A stretch of DNA of 64,000 bases, from positions 96,001 through 160,000 of the forward strand of contig JBGPQV010000003.1 in the NCBI GenBank assembly GCA_041489255.1, in the 5' to 3' direction. This DNA is from Thermoplasmata archaeon (GTDB lineage Archaea > Thermoplasmatota > Thermoplasmata > RBG-16-68-12 > JAFNFQ01). This document shows positions 28,677-39,000 of the stretch, in pieces; the stretch's first letter is position 1; the number at the start of each line of letters is the position of its first letter. Made by a program: the position numbers and the translations under genes. The notes under the pieces were generated by a model. That model did not search any database, had not been told where the DNA came from, and saw nothing but the letters and a program-made list of their open reading frames with translations.

Positions 28677-30035
28677 CTACTCCACCCCCTCTCGGTTCGC
28701 TTGAATCATCTCGAGGAAGGCCTCGACTCTTATCCTGATCTGGCCGATGTCCCCGTCGCTCAGCTCGCTCCTGATCGTCAGCGCGGGGATGCCCATTCTC
28801 TTGAGCAGGTTTGTGAGCCTCGTCGCGTCGAGCGTGTGAAGGTGACATCCCTGCATCGCGTGGAAGATGACGCCCTCGACTCCGCCATTCTTCACCTCGT
28901 TGATGATGTTCTCCTCTCTCTCGACGTTCGGAGTGAAGCATGGGCAGGTCGATGGGAACAGGTAGCGGTCCGCGATCGCGTCCAGCATGGCCCTCTCGGT
29001 CCACTCGTCAACGACGACAGGGTCGTAGAGCACCCTGGTCCCTGAACAGAGTTCATCTGAGACGATGACCGCACCGACCTCCTCGACGATGTCCGGCAGC
29101 TTCCAGTTCGGCCACATGACGGGCGAGCCCGCAAGCATCACGCGGGGGGCATCCCCGTTCGCTACGTTCTTCTTCGCCAAGACCATCTTCTCCAGCTCGT
29201 CTGAAAGCCTGTTCACGTTCTCCGTCCACCGCGCGATGTCGTCGACGTATGCGAGCCAAGCAATCAGGAGGAAATGCCTGCCCCAGAGCACGTCGCCCTT
29301 CCTCCTCGTGTCCAGCAGCCTCCTCCAGGCCTTGTGCGCGCGCTGGTACTTCTCGATGGACGCCCGGAGGCTCTTCCTCGTTATCTTGTTCCCCGTGAGC
29401 ATCTCCATCCTGTTCCTGACCGTTATGATTTCCTGGATCCACTGCCTGCGGATCGACTCTCCCTGCTTGATGCGGGGAACGTTCATGGGGACTATCGCCC
29501 TGACCTCCCTGAACTCGTCGGAGATCTTCAGCTTCGCATCGCACGGCGCGGGAGCGATGATGGCGTCGCACTGGGAGAACAGCGGGAAGTCGTCTATCAT
29601 CATGCACCCCGCGCACGCCTTCACTATGGAGCACATGTTCGGGTCGCCGAGGTACGCCTCGCCCAGGCCAACTGGCGGTAAATAGCCGCATCCGAGGGCC
29701 ACCGGGAGGGCGCCCGCCGCATCGACCAGCTCGACCGGCACGAAGTTGCAGAGCGTGCCGACCACCTTCCCGCCGCCCGCCTTGAACTGGTTGATCTCCT
29801 TGACGCGCCTGTCGTGAATCCTCGCGACATCGATGAAGTAGTCCATTACGGCCGGCTTGTTCTTCAGGGAGGCGAGCTTCTGCGCCTCGTCCTCGATCTT
29901 CTTGATGCTGTTCGCGGTCATATCGGCTCCCCGGCCCGCCACGAGAGACTTGATCCTCTCTCGCGCGCCGGAGTCCGCCTGCGCCTTCGCATCGTTCTTC
30001 GCCGGCTCAATTCCCTTTCTCTTCTGTAGGCTCAC
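28677..30035 (-). CDS. 2-hydroxyacyl-CoA dehydratase (HgdB/FldB) family, double-cubane-cluster protein (DCCP) type
   Basis: GTLCNFVP, NMCSIVK, PCDAKLK, DELCSG.R, TCPCFTPN.ER, GCH and GQIRIRVEAFLEM motifs; single ~450-aa chain with Cys-rich halves. Confidence 0.82.
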   Translation of the reverse strand: MSLQKRKGIEPAKNDAKAQADSGARERIKSLVAGRGADMTANSIKKIEDEAQKLASLKNKPAVMDYFIDVARIHDRRVKEINQFKAGGGKVVGTLCNFVPVELVDAAGALPVALGCGYLPPVGLGEAYLGDPNMCSIVKACAGCMMIDDFPLFSQCDAIIAPAPCDAKLKISDEFREVRAIVPMNVPRIKQGESIRRQWIQEIITVRNRMEMLTGNKITRKSLRASIEKYQRAHKAWRRLLDTRRKGDVLWGRHFLLIAWLAYVDDIARWTENVNRLSDELEKMVLAKKNVANGDAPRVMLAGSPVMWPNWKLPDIVEEVGAVIVSDELCSGTRVLYDPVVVDEWTERAMLDAIADRYLFPSTCPCFTPNVEREENIINEVKNGGVEGVIFHAMQGCHLHTLDATRLTNLLKRMGIPALTIRSELSDGDIGQIRIRVEAFLEMIQANREGVE

Positions 30036-30047
30036 TTCAATCTCCCC

Positions 30048-30983
30048 TTAGACAGGATAATCGACCATTGACTTCGAGGTGAGGATCTTCTTCCCCATGA
30101 ACGTCGCAGAGAGCGCGCCGTCCTCGGGGCACGCCTCAAGGCAGGAATAGCAGTGTGTGCAATTCCGCGCTGTCACGTTGCGGCTCGTCTTCTCCTTGTA
30201 CATGTCCTCGATGCCCATGGGGCAGACCCTTGCGCAGATCCTGCAGCTCGTGCACTTCGTCGCGTCCTTCGTCAGCTGCATGAAGGACCTCCTGTGCACT
30301 AAGCCCATGAGCGCCCCTGCGGGGCAGATGTGACACCAGAACCGCCTGATCACGAAGCACATGACGATGAAGAATATCGCGGTGCCTATGGAGACTATCG
30401 GGACGATTGTCGTCGGCGGCAAGATGCCTAGCCAGATCTGCGGATAAACGTAGAGCGCCCTGTTCGGGTCGACCCACTCGTAAGGTATCGGCAGCCCGGT
30501 CCTCAGCTGGCTCAGGCCGGTGCCAGGCATCCCCAGCGCGACCGTGTATGAGAGAATCAGGAACAGGGCCAGGTACTTCGTAGCGTGCAGAGCATCGCTC
30601 ACCATCTTCGACATCCTGTAATACGGGATGCCGAGCCGCTTCCTGAGACCGGAGAGCAGGTCCTGCGGCAATCCGAGGGGGCAGAGCCAAGCGCACCAGA
30701 CCCGCCCGAGTATGAGCACCAGTATGATGAAGAGGAAAATCGGCAGCACGATGTCGGTGTAGAGCGTCTTGAACTCCGCCACCGCGGTGTCCTGCAGCTT
30801 GTAGACGAGCGAGTAGGTCGGAGCGTCCGCGAAGAACTTCGTCGTGGCGTTCGGCCAGTAGATGTCCCTCAGGTAAGGCGTCTCGCCGAACGACGCGACC
30901 CCGAAGACCATACAATTGAAGAGCACCAGGGCTGCGACCTGGAACGCCAGCCTCGGCCTCGAAATCCTGTGCTGCCTTTTCAT
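30048..30983 (-). CDS. NapH/MauN-like membrane polyferredoxin
   Basis: GRVWCAWLCPLG, RFWCHICPAG, and two CxxCxxCxxxCP motifs at the C-terminus. Confidence 0.88.
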   Translation of the reverse strand: MKRQHRISRPRLAFQVAALVLFNCMVFGVASFGETPYLRDIYWPNATTKFFADAPTYSLVYKLQDTAVAEFKTLYTDIVLPIFLFIILVLILGRVWCAWLCPLGLPQDLLSGLRKRLGIPYYRMSKMVSDALHATKYLALFLILSYTVALGMPGTGLSQLRTGLPIPYEWVDPNRALYVYPQIWLGILPPTTIVPIVSIGTAIFFIVMCFVIRRFWCHICPAGALMGLVHRRSFMQLTKDATKCTSCRICARVCPMGIEDMYKEKTSRNVTARNCTHCYSCLEACPEDGALSATFMGKKILTSKSMVDYPV

Positions 30984-30989
30984 GATCCT

Positions 30990-31679
30990 CTACTGACCTC
31001 CGTGCGTGCTCACGAATGCGTTCACGATGAAGTAGACGCCAAGGACGATCATCATCAACGCCGCGCCCACCCTCATGTAGAGCGCGTACCTCTTCGACTC
31101 GCGGATGATGTTGCCCGAAAGGAATCCGATGACCGGGTAGATCGTCGATGCCGCGGCGAAGACCATGACCATGCCGATCGCGAGGCCGAAGTCGACGGAG
31201 ATTAGCAGCGGAGCCAGCACCATGATCTTCACGCATGGCGTCGCTCCCCTGACGACACCGAGGAGGAATATGTAGGCAATCTTCGCCTTCGAATTCCCCT
31301 CGAAGTCTATCTCGCCGCCATCGGCCATGACCGCCCTCTGGCCCTTCCCGTGGTGCATTCCCCGGTGGAACAGCCTGAGGAGAGGATGACCGTGCTTCGC
31401 CATGTGGTGTCTTGTGAGGACTCTAATCAGGACGAAGGCGCCGAGCGCGACGGTCAGAGCGCCGAACGTGACGAGGAAGAAGACCGGGTTCAGGTCCTGG
31501 ACGAGGCCGAGACCGGCTATCGCGCCTCCGAGGAGGACGAGCCCCAGGAACCTTCCAGCGATGAACGCGGCTCCTCCCTTCTTGCTGTCGATGGAGCAAC
31601 CCAGGGAGAGCAGCGCGCAGACCCACGCGTTGCCGAGTGAACCGCCGACCGCTGCCGCCGCTAGCAATTCCTCAATCAT
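30990..31679 (-). CDS. Six-TM protein with His-rich loop (DsbD/CcdA/UreH/TauE-like)
   Basis: WVCALLSLGC, GRFLG, HHMAKHGH..HRGMHH loop, GATPC. Confidence 0.7.
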   Translation of the reverse strand: MIEELLAAAAVGGSLGNAWVCALLSLGCSIDSKKGGAAFIAGRFLGLVLLGGAIAGLGLVQDLNPVFFLVTFGALTVALGAFVLIRVLTRHHMAKHGHPLLRLFHRGMHHGKGQRAVMADGGEIDFEGNSKAKIAYIFLLGVVRGATPCVKIMVLAPLLISVDFGLAIGMVMVFAAASTIYPVIGFLSGNIIRESKRYALYMRVGAALMMIVLGVYFIVNAFVSTHGGQ

Positions 31680-32998
31680 TTCGCATCCTCCTCCTTCGCC
31701 GCCTTCGGCTTTCTGACCTTGATGTAGATGTTGATGCCGATGAGCAACATGATCACGAGGGAGGCGATGGCCAACTCGAAAGCCCAGCCCGTGTAGTCCC
31801 TCCCGCCAAGCGTGTACTCGATCGTGTGCTTCGCGCCATCGATCACGAAGATGTGCGGGGCGGTGTACGCGCTGGTGAAGTCCGCCTTGCCCTGATAGCC
31901 GCCCTGGCCGGCCACTATCTCGATCTGTCCGTCGCCGTCGACATCGCCGAGGGCGAGCCCAAGCACATCAGAGCCGAGCAGGGGGCTCTTCCATTCGATC
32001 GAGCGACTCACCCCGTCGAATATCCAGATGTACCCCGCCCCGTTCCCGATGACGATCTCGTTGATCGAGTCGCCGTCGATGTCGGCCACGTCCAGTCCCC
32101 AGGCCTTCGGGCCTATGTTCTCGCTCTCCCAGAGGCGCTGGTATATCGGCGGGTTACCTTCGCCGCCGGAACCGACATATCGGAAGATGAACGCGAAGCC
32201 CGGGCCCTCCCTGTATCCATTCGACGTGATTATCTCCAGATTCCCATCCCCGTCGACGTCCACGACCTTGACGCTCACGCAGTCGCCGTTCAGGTCGTCG
32301 CTCTTCCACTCCTGGACCACGTTCTGACCGTTGATCTGATAGACGTACAGGTGACCGATGCCGGGCGTCTCACCGAGAGCCTCGCCTGTACCGAATATCA
32401 GCTCGTTGTAGGAGTCGTGGTCGATGTCAGCGATCTCGAACGACCTCATCCTGCTGGCGTTCCCTGGCAGGAAGGAGTTCTCTATCGAGCCGTTGAGCGG
32501 GTTGATGATGTAGACCGCGCTGAGCGGGTAGTCCATCTTGTAGCCGCCTCCCGCCACGATCTCCTTGTCGCCGTCGTTGTCCACATCTCCCACCGCGATT
32601 CCGTGCACATCTCTGACGAGACCATCAATCTCCCATCGCAGCTGGAGGTTTGTCGCGTTGAACACCCTGAGGCTGCCCTCCCCGTCCCCCGCCAGGATCT
32701 CATTGCGGCCGTCGGAGTCGATGTCGTCGACGTGGATCCCCCAGAGGCGGGAGCCGAAAGGTCCGAGGTGCGCCTCCGACTTGAACTCGCCCCCCTTCCA
32801 TTGGATCATGTTGACGTAGCCCTCGTAGTTGCCGAAGATGACCTCCTTGTTCCCGTCCTTGTCGACATCGTTGATCTCGATCGAGTTGAACCGCCCGGGA
32901 GCGCTGCCTAGGAAAGCTGCATCGACAGTGATTGCAGATGCGTTTGGCAGAAGGAGAAGGAAAGCGAACAGAATGGTGAAGGCCACATTCAACTTCAA
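31676..32998 (-). CDS. FG-GAP/VCBS repeat beta-propeller, secreted with C-terminal TM
   Basis: Seven DVDxDGxxEI repeats; signal peptide; C-terminal TM and basic tail. Confidence 0.88.
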   Translation of the reverse strand: MKLNVAFTILFAFLLLLPNASAITVDAAFLGSAPGRFNSIEINDVDKDGNKEVIFGNYEGYVNMIQWKGGEFKSEAHLGPFGSRLWGIHVDDIDSDGRNEILAGDGEGSLRVFNATNLQLRWEIDGLVRDVHGIAVGDVDNDGDKEIVAGGGYKMDYPLSAVYIINPLNGSIENSFLPGNASRMRSFEIADIDHDSYNELIFGTGEALGETPGIGHLYVYQINGQNVVQEWKSDDLNGDCVSVKVVDVDGDGNLEIITSNGYREGPGFAFIFRYVGSGGEGNPPIYQRLWESENIGPKAWGLDVADIDGDSINEIVIGNGAGYIWIFDGVSRSIEWKSPLLGSDVLGLALGDVDGDGQIEIVAGQGGYQGKADFTSAYTAPHIFVIDGAKHTIEYTLGGRDYTGWAFELAIASLVIMLLIGINIYIKVRKPKAAKEEDAK

Positions 32999-33004
32999 GT
33001 GCCC

Positions 33005-34240
33005 TCACCTCCTCTCCGTTCTTCTGACTCTCCGCTTCATGACCGCATAGGTCACGAGGGTCGCAACGACTATGATGGAAACGAATACTGCCACGCCAAG
33101 CACCCAGCCGGGGATAGCTGACTCGGTCGTCGACCTCGTCAGACCGAAGGCATAGACCCTAATCGTCATCTCCTTGCCTGATGCGATCGCCAACTTCTGT
33201 CCATCAGGGGACCATCTCGCCGACATTATCGCCCCGACCGGCACGCCACTGGCGTCCTTGTTGTCCTCGAGAGTCTGCAGCACCACTCCCGTCGTGGCGT
33301 TCCTGATCATCACCATGGCCTCGGACACACCGGAAGCCGCGATGTTGTCCCCGTCCATGTGCCAGTCCACGGACCGCACGCAATTGGGCGCGGTCCACTT
33401 CGCGATCTGCTTTCCATCGCTGGCGTTCCACAACGCCATCTTGTAGTCACGGCTCCCCGAGACGAGTCTCTCGCCGTCGGGCGACCAGTCGACCGCCAGG
33501 ACACCGCCAGCGTGCCCCCTAAGAGTGAACATGTAGGACCAATCCGTTGTGTTCCACATCCTCATCGTCTTGTCATCAGAAGCCGAGACGAGCCGGCTCC
33601 CATCCGGGGACCACTTCACCTCCATGACGCCGTCTGTGTGCCCGGTCATGTTCGCGATGGGCGTCCCTTTTTCGAAGTCCCAGACCTTTATCAGGTTCTC
33701 CGGGACGTTGTTCATGAAGACCTTGTCCGTGCCAGAGCCCGAGGCCAGATAATTCCCGTCGGGAGAGAAATCGAGCGTCAGTACGCTGCCCAGATGACCG
33801 GTCAATTTCTTGGCCAGTCCCCAGTTCGTCGTGTTGAATACCCAGATGATCGTGTCGTCGCCGCCAACGGCCAGGTACTTCCCGTCTGGCGACCATGCCG
33901 TGACTCTCGTCGGCAGATGAGCCGTGATTGTGCATGTCTGGTTGCCGTCGCATCTCGTCCTGCTCTCCGCGGTCGAGTTCGCGTGGGAACCCAGCTTGAT
34001 GATCCTCATGCCCGTCGTCGAGTTCCAGACGACCGTGCTGTTGTCGAAGAACGTCTGGGAGATCATCGTCCCGTCGGGCGACCACCTGACCGACCATGAT
34101 GTCGCGTTGTGTCCGTCCGATCTGCTCCACACCGGCGAGAGATCGCCGAGGCTGCCAGCGGCCTTCACATGCGGCCCCGTCGACAGGAGAACCATCGCCA
34201 ACGCTGTCAGGATGAGCACGCTCCGTGTGGTACCTCTCAA
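33005..34240 (-). CDS. WD40 repeat protein, secreted with C-terminal TM
   Basis: GH..V..V.WSPDG..L.SGS.D repeats; signal peptide; C-terminal TM. Confidence 0.9.
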   Translation of the reverse strand: MRGTTRSVLILTALAMVLLSTGPHVKAAGSLGDLSPVWSRSDGHNATSWSVRWSPDGTMISQTFFDNSTVVWNSTTGMRIIKLGSHANSTAESRTRCDGNQTCTITAHLPTRVTAWSPDGKYLAVGGDDTIIWVFNTTNWGLAKKLTGHLGSVLTLDFSPDGNYLASGSGTDKVFMNNVPENLIKVWDFEKGTPIANMTGHTDGVMEVKWSPDGSRLVSASDDKTMRMWNTTDWSYMFTLRGHAGGVLAVDWSPDGERLVSGSRDYKMALWNASDGKQIAKWTAPNCVRSVDWHMDGDNIAASGVSEAMVMIRNATTGVVLQTLEDNKDASGVPVGAIMSARWSPDGQKLAIASGKEMTIRVYAFGLTRSTTESAIPGWVLGVAVFVSIIVVATLVTYAVMKRRVRRTERR

Positions 34241-35889
34241 GTCCGCGACCTCCTCCTGACTTTGAAAACAATAGCAACGTAGATCGCTATGTTCGCGACC
34301 ACCAAGACTGCAATCACCGCCAACAGCAGAGAGTAGTTGTCGAGGGAGAATGCCGTCCCGGAAGTGGTCCCGTAGTCCTGCGCCGGGATGATGGTGATGT
34401 AGGTGAACGCCGAAGCCTTCGCCATCCCATACTTCGTCGCCTCGGCGGTGATCTTGACGGTCGTGTTCTCCGTGACCCTCGGTGCGAGGTACTTCACCTT
34501 CTGTTGGCCGTCGGCCAAGGTGCTCGCCCCGCCCTGCGAGAGAGTCCCTGCCGTCACGGCGAACGAGACGAACGCGCCTTCGACAGGGAAGCCACTCGCC
34601 GTCACGTTGAAGATTATCTCCATCGCACGCTGACCCTCGATCACGGTCAAAGCGGGGAATATCGTCACCGACATCCCCGGCGCAGACGCCCCGAACCCGT
34701 ACATCGCCCCGTCAGAGAGCCCGACGAAGACCCGCCCGTCCACGACAGTCGGCGAGGAGAACGAGCGACGGTTCGTTTGCATAGACTGATAGCTCCAGAC
34801 CTCGGCCCCCGTCGCCTCGTCCAGGCAGTAGATGTATCCGGTCCTCGCAGCGACGAGCACCTTGCCGTCCGCGATGGCGGGAGACGAACCGCCTTCCCCG
34901 GCGGTGCCGTCGCCGGTGTGGAACTGCCACAGGACCTCGCTGGCGGATATCAGCCCATCGTGGTTCGGATCGTCGAACGGGAGCGCATATAGTTCACCGT
35001 CCACTGAATGAATGAAGACTCTCCCCGCGTGCACTCCCGGCGTCGCGTAGACATAGTTGCCCGTCTGGAACCGCCACACGAGCGCCCCCGTCTCGAGGTC
35101 AAGGGCATATGCGCTATTGTCATCGCTTCCGATGAAGACCCTGCCTGCATCAACAGCAGCCGATGAAGTCGATACCAGATGCGGGCTTGCAGGCAACGGG
35201 TACTTCCACATCACGAACCCGTCGCTGATTCGGACCCTCGACACATTCCCATCGTTCGAGCCGACGATCACCGTCCCATTGACCACGGCGGGGGTGCCCC
35301 AGATCTGATCGCCGATCGAGTACGCCGGGCGGTCCTCGAGGCCTGTCGTCGCATTGACGAAGTAAACCTTGCCGTCCTGAGAGGAGAAGATGACCGAACC
35401 ATCGTAGTACTTTGCGGACGACACTATGCTGTTGTTGGCGGTGAAGTACCAGAGGCGAGAGCCGTTGAACCGGTTGAAGGCGTACAGGTTCGCGTCCATG
35501 CCGCCGATGTAGAGCGTGTCCCCCACCACAACACCTGATGCCCAGACGTCGCTCCCGGTGGTGTAGTTCCAGAGCTCTTTCCCCGTGGCCAGATTCACCG
35601 CGTAGACCTTGTAGTCGTCTGAACCGAAATAGAGGATGTCCGTGCTCACCACGGCGGAGGAATGTATCGGCCAGCCGGTGTCAAACTTGAGGAACATGTT
35701 ATTGGTCGACGGGACGGTCGAGGTGGAGTAACCCGTGTTGTTCAGGTTGCCCCTGAACTCGGTCCAGGAGCCCGTCGTGTCAGACCCGCGGCTCCCGGCC
35801 AGGTTCCCGCCAGCAATTTGGTGCGGCATGAAGAGAGCCGCGACCAGCACGGCGACTGACGCCAATGATGTGAACCTGCCCACATTCAT
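34237..35889 (-). CDS. PQQ-like (BamB-type) beta-propeller plus Ig-like domain, C-terminal TM
   Basis: WTEFRGN..NTG start; repeated SS..V....YFGS.D..YA....TG..LW blades. Confidence 0.88.
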   Translation of the reverse strand: MNVGRFTSLASVAVLVAALFMPHQIAGGNLAGSRGSDTTGSWTEFRGNLNNTGYSTSTVPSTNNMFLKFDTGWPIHSSAVVSTDILYFGSDDYKVYAVNLATGKELWNYTTGSDVWASGVVVGDTLYIGGMDANLYAFNRFNGSRLWYFTANNSIVSSAKYYDGSVIFSSQDGKVYFVNATTGLEDRPAYSIGDQIWGTPAVVNGTVIVGSNDGNVSRVRISDGFVMWKYPLPASPHLVSTSSAAVDAGRVFIGSDDNSAYALDLETGALVWRFQTGNYVYATPGVHAGRVFIHSVDGELYALPFDDPNHDGLISASEVLWQFHTGDGTAGEGGSSPAIADGKVLVAARTGYIYCLDEATGAEVWSYQSMQTNRRSFSSPTVVDGRVFVGLSDGAMYGFGASAPGMSVTIFPALTVIEGQRAMEIIFNVTASGFPVEGAFVSFAVTAGTLSQGGASTLADGQQKVKYLAPRVTENTTVKITAEATKYGMAKASAFTYITIIPAQDYGTTSGTAFSLDNYSLLLAVIAVLVVANIAIYVAIVFKVRRRSRT

Positions 35890-36032
35890 TTAGAGAACCT
35901 TGGCTGAGTCGGTGTGTCGTACCACAAATGACCTGCTTTAGTATGGCTTGACAGTATCATCATTGTTATTGGCATATTCCGCCTCCTAAAAGGCGTTTCC
36001 ATTGCCTTTCGATTTCAGATAATAAAGCGAGG

Positions 36033-39000
36033 TCACTGTTCTTTCCTGAGCGCGTCGACCGGATGCATGCTCGCCGCCCTATTCGCCGGGATTATCGCGG
36101 CAAAGAGAGCCGTGGCGTCGACCACGATGACTATGAGGAGCATCGCCAGCCAGGGGATTGCCACGTTGTTGCTGAGGAGCGTGCCTCTGCCGAAGAAAAG
36201 GAACGATGTCAGCAGGCCCGCCACGATGCCGATGATCGCACCCAGAGACGCCGTGTAGACGCTCTCGAGCAGAAGCGAGTTCATGACCATCGACCTGCCG
36301 AATCCAATCGCCCGCAAAATGCCGATCTCCGCTTTCCTCTCCTCCACCGCCCGCGCGGAGCTCACGGCGAGACCGAAGATGCCGACAAGCAGTCCGAGCA
36401 ACAACAAAGCCTGGAACAGGCCCATATAGGACCATTCGACCGAGAGGTTGCTCCTCGCCAGGTCCTCGACAAGCGTCCCGTCCATGCCGTACGCCTGCAT
36501 CTTCGATTCGAGGTAGGAGACCATGGCGGGAGGGTCCGGCGTCTTGAACAGGAAAAGGCGGTACTCCGCTGTCGTCGGGTAGAGGCGGTTGATGTTGCCC
36601 TCGGAGATGAAGACCGATCCGGGGAATATCGAGTTCTCCGTGATCCCGACGATCACCAGCTGCACCTCATTCCCGCGTTCATCGGCTATTGTAATGTGGT
36701 CGCCCACACCCTTGCCGAGGATCCAGACGACCGTGTTCGAGTCGCCTATGGCGGGAATCGCCCCATCCGCCTCGACGGTCTCGAGCGCGTCCCACGTCGA
36801 TTGCCCGCCGCTGGCCGGAGCCTGGAATCGCAGAAGGCTGTCCAGCATGAACGATTCGTTCGCTCCAATGAGCCGTGGCGGGAGGTTCTTCTTTAAGTTC
36901 GAGCAGCTCCCGCCGATCTGACCGTAAGTCAGGAATTGAACGACCGAGGAATTGGCGGGGAAATTGACGATGCCGTTGCTCGCCCTGTCTGTCTGATTGC
37001 CAAGGTCGAACCTCACGGAGATCGAGCTCTCGCCCATGACGTCATATCCCGCCCCCTGCCTCACGACCATGTTATCGATGTTGGCCTGCTGACCCTGAAT
37101 GTTCACTGAGAGGCCGAGGTATGTGAAGATGACGATGGCGAAAAGCGAGACCGCGAGACAGGTCCTCCCGACTTTCTTGGCGGGAGTTAGAAAAGCGATT
37201 CTGAGAGTGCCGCCATTGGCGCCGGCGATGGTAAGGATTCGGGAAAGGCCTGAGGCGATTCTTCTTAGACCGACGGACAGCACCCCGATCAGGGCGGCGA
37301 TGATCGCGAATCCGCTTGCGAAGAAGAGAACGAACGGCACGGATTCGGAAGTGCTGGCAACGATGAATGAGATGACGATTGCCAGAACAATCAAAGCAAT
37401 CGACCAAGTGAGCAGCAGATATACCCGCAATCTCGGGGTCCACGCGACCCACGGCAGCGAGAAAAACATAAGTGCGGCTCCCGCCAAAAAAACGGCGGAT
37501 CCCGTTGGGAAATCTATCGGCATGAAATTGCTCCCAATCATCACGATGCCGCCGAGGAGAATAAGGGCGGGGGCAAGGGTGCGTTTACTTCTCCAACCAC
37601 CATGTTCCCGAAGGGCGGTGGCGAGCAACTGCCCCGATATCTTATGAGCTGACAGCACGAAAGCGAAGAACGAAACGAGAAAACCCGCGACGAAGCCGAC
37701 GACGACCGTGTCCGGCGTGAAATACAGTCGGACCGTGGTGCCCTCGACGATGTTGCTCCAGAACGCGTTGGTGAGAAGGATGCACAGAAAAGCGATGAGC
37801 AGGCCGACGAGGATTCCGACGGCAGAGGAAATCACGGAGACGAGGAACGCCTCGATCGCGAACGTCCTCGTCACCTGAACTCTCTTCATGCCGATTGTCT
37901 TGAGGACGCCAATCTCCCGCCTCCTGCCCTCCATGACCATGCCGACGAGCGCCACCGCCAAGATGATCCCGGAGATCATGACGACGACACCAAACGAGAG
38001 GAACGTCTCCGTGAGGAGCTGAACACCTTCGGCTGATTCGATGCCGTTCGCCTTGACAGGCAGAACGCTCAATCCGGCATCACCGCCAAGTATCGTCGCG
38101 TTGAGGCGGGAGCTGATGTCGGATCTCAATTGCGGCAGGTTCGTCCCCTTGACCTTGATCGTCGTGATGTTGCCGAGGTCGTTGACCCACAGCCCCTTGG
38201 CCTTGTCCAACGTGATGTAAGCCTTAGGAGTCCCGCCATAGAGTAGCCAATAGTCCAGGTCGGCATAGCTCATCTGGCTACGCATCTCGTCCCCGCTCAC
38301 CCATGTCGGGTCCCAGTCTACGCAGCTGGCCTTGCCTTTTATCCCAGGGAATGGCGGCATGATGTCCGGGTCCAGAGCCTTCCCCGTCAAGTCCACGACA
38401 TGCTTCACGGCGAATGTGGCGTTCCTGTAGACCTGCCTGAACGTGCTGGTGTAGACTGAATAATTCAGGCTCACGGTGTCGCCGACTCTGGCGCCGAGCC
38501 TCGCGGCGGTGTAGTTGGTGATGATGATCTCGTTGTCTTGGATGCCGCCGATGATTGGCGACTTGGTGATGTTGTCTGTGAATGCGCCGAACGCGTAGTC
38601 AGCATGAGGATTGAGCCCCGTCACCGTGGAGTAGGGAATCGAGACGGCGCCGAACGAGATGTTGTTGACGAAATACGACGTCAGCGCGGAGACATTCTCC
38701 ATCCCCGCCACGCTTCCGATCATCGCACCGACCGCATCGACGTATCGCTCGTCGAAGAAGACGTTCTCGTTCTCTATGCGCACGTAGCTGGACGCGATTA
38801 TGTTGAACCGGAGATCCCTGAAGCCCACCGCCTCGTCGATGGCGATCTGCAGTCGTGATGTCGCATCCCCACTCGTCTTCACTCCCTCGCGATCATCGCC
38901 GATGTTCGACACGACAATGGTGTTGATGTACGAAGGCGCTCCGATGGCCTGCTGGAGGTAGCTGAGATTCGCGAACACGTTCTGGGCGATTGTCCCGCCG

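Noticed and set aside
27283-31679. Selenocysteine or pyrrolysine readthrough in the DCCP/NifB operon
   Set aside because: Each protein appears full length with Cys at the motif positions, and the stops are followed directly by the next gene
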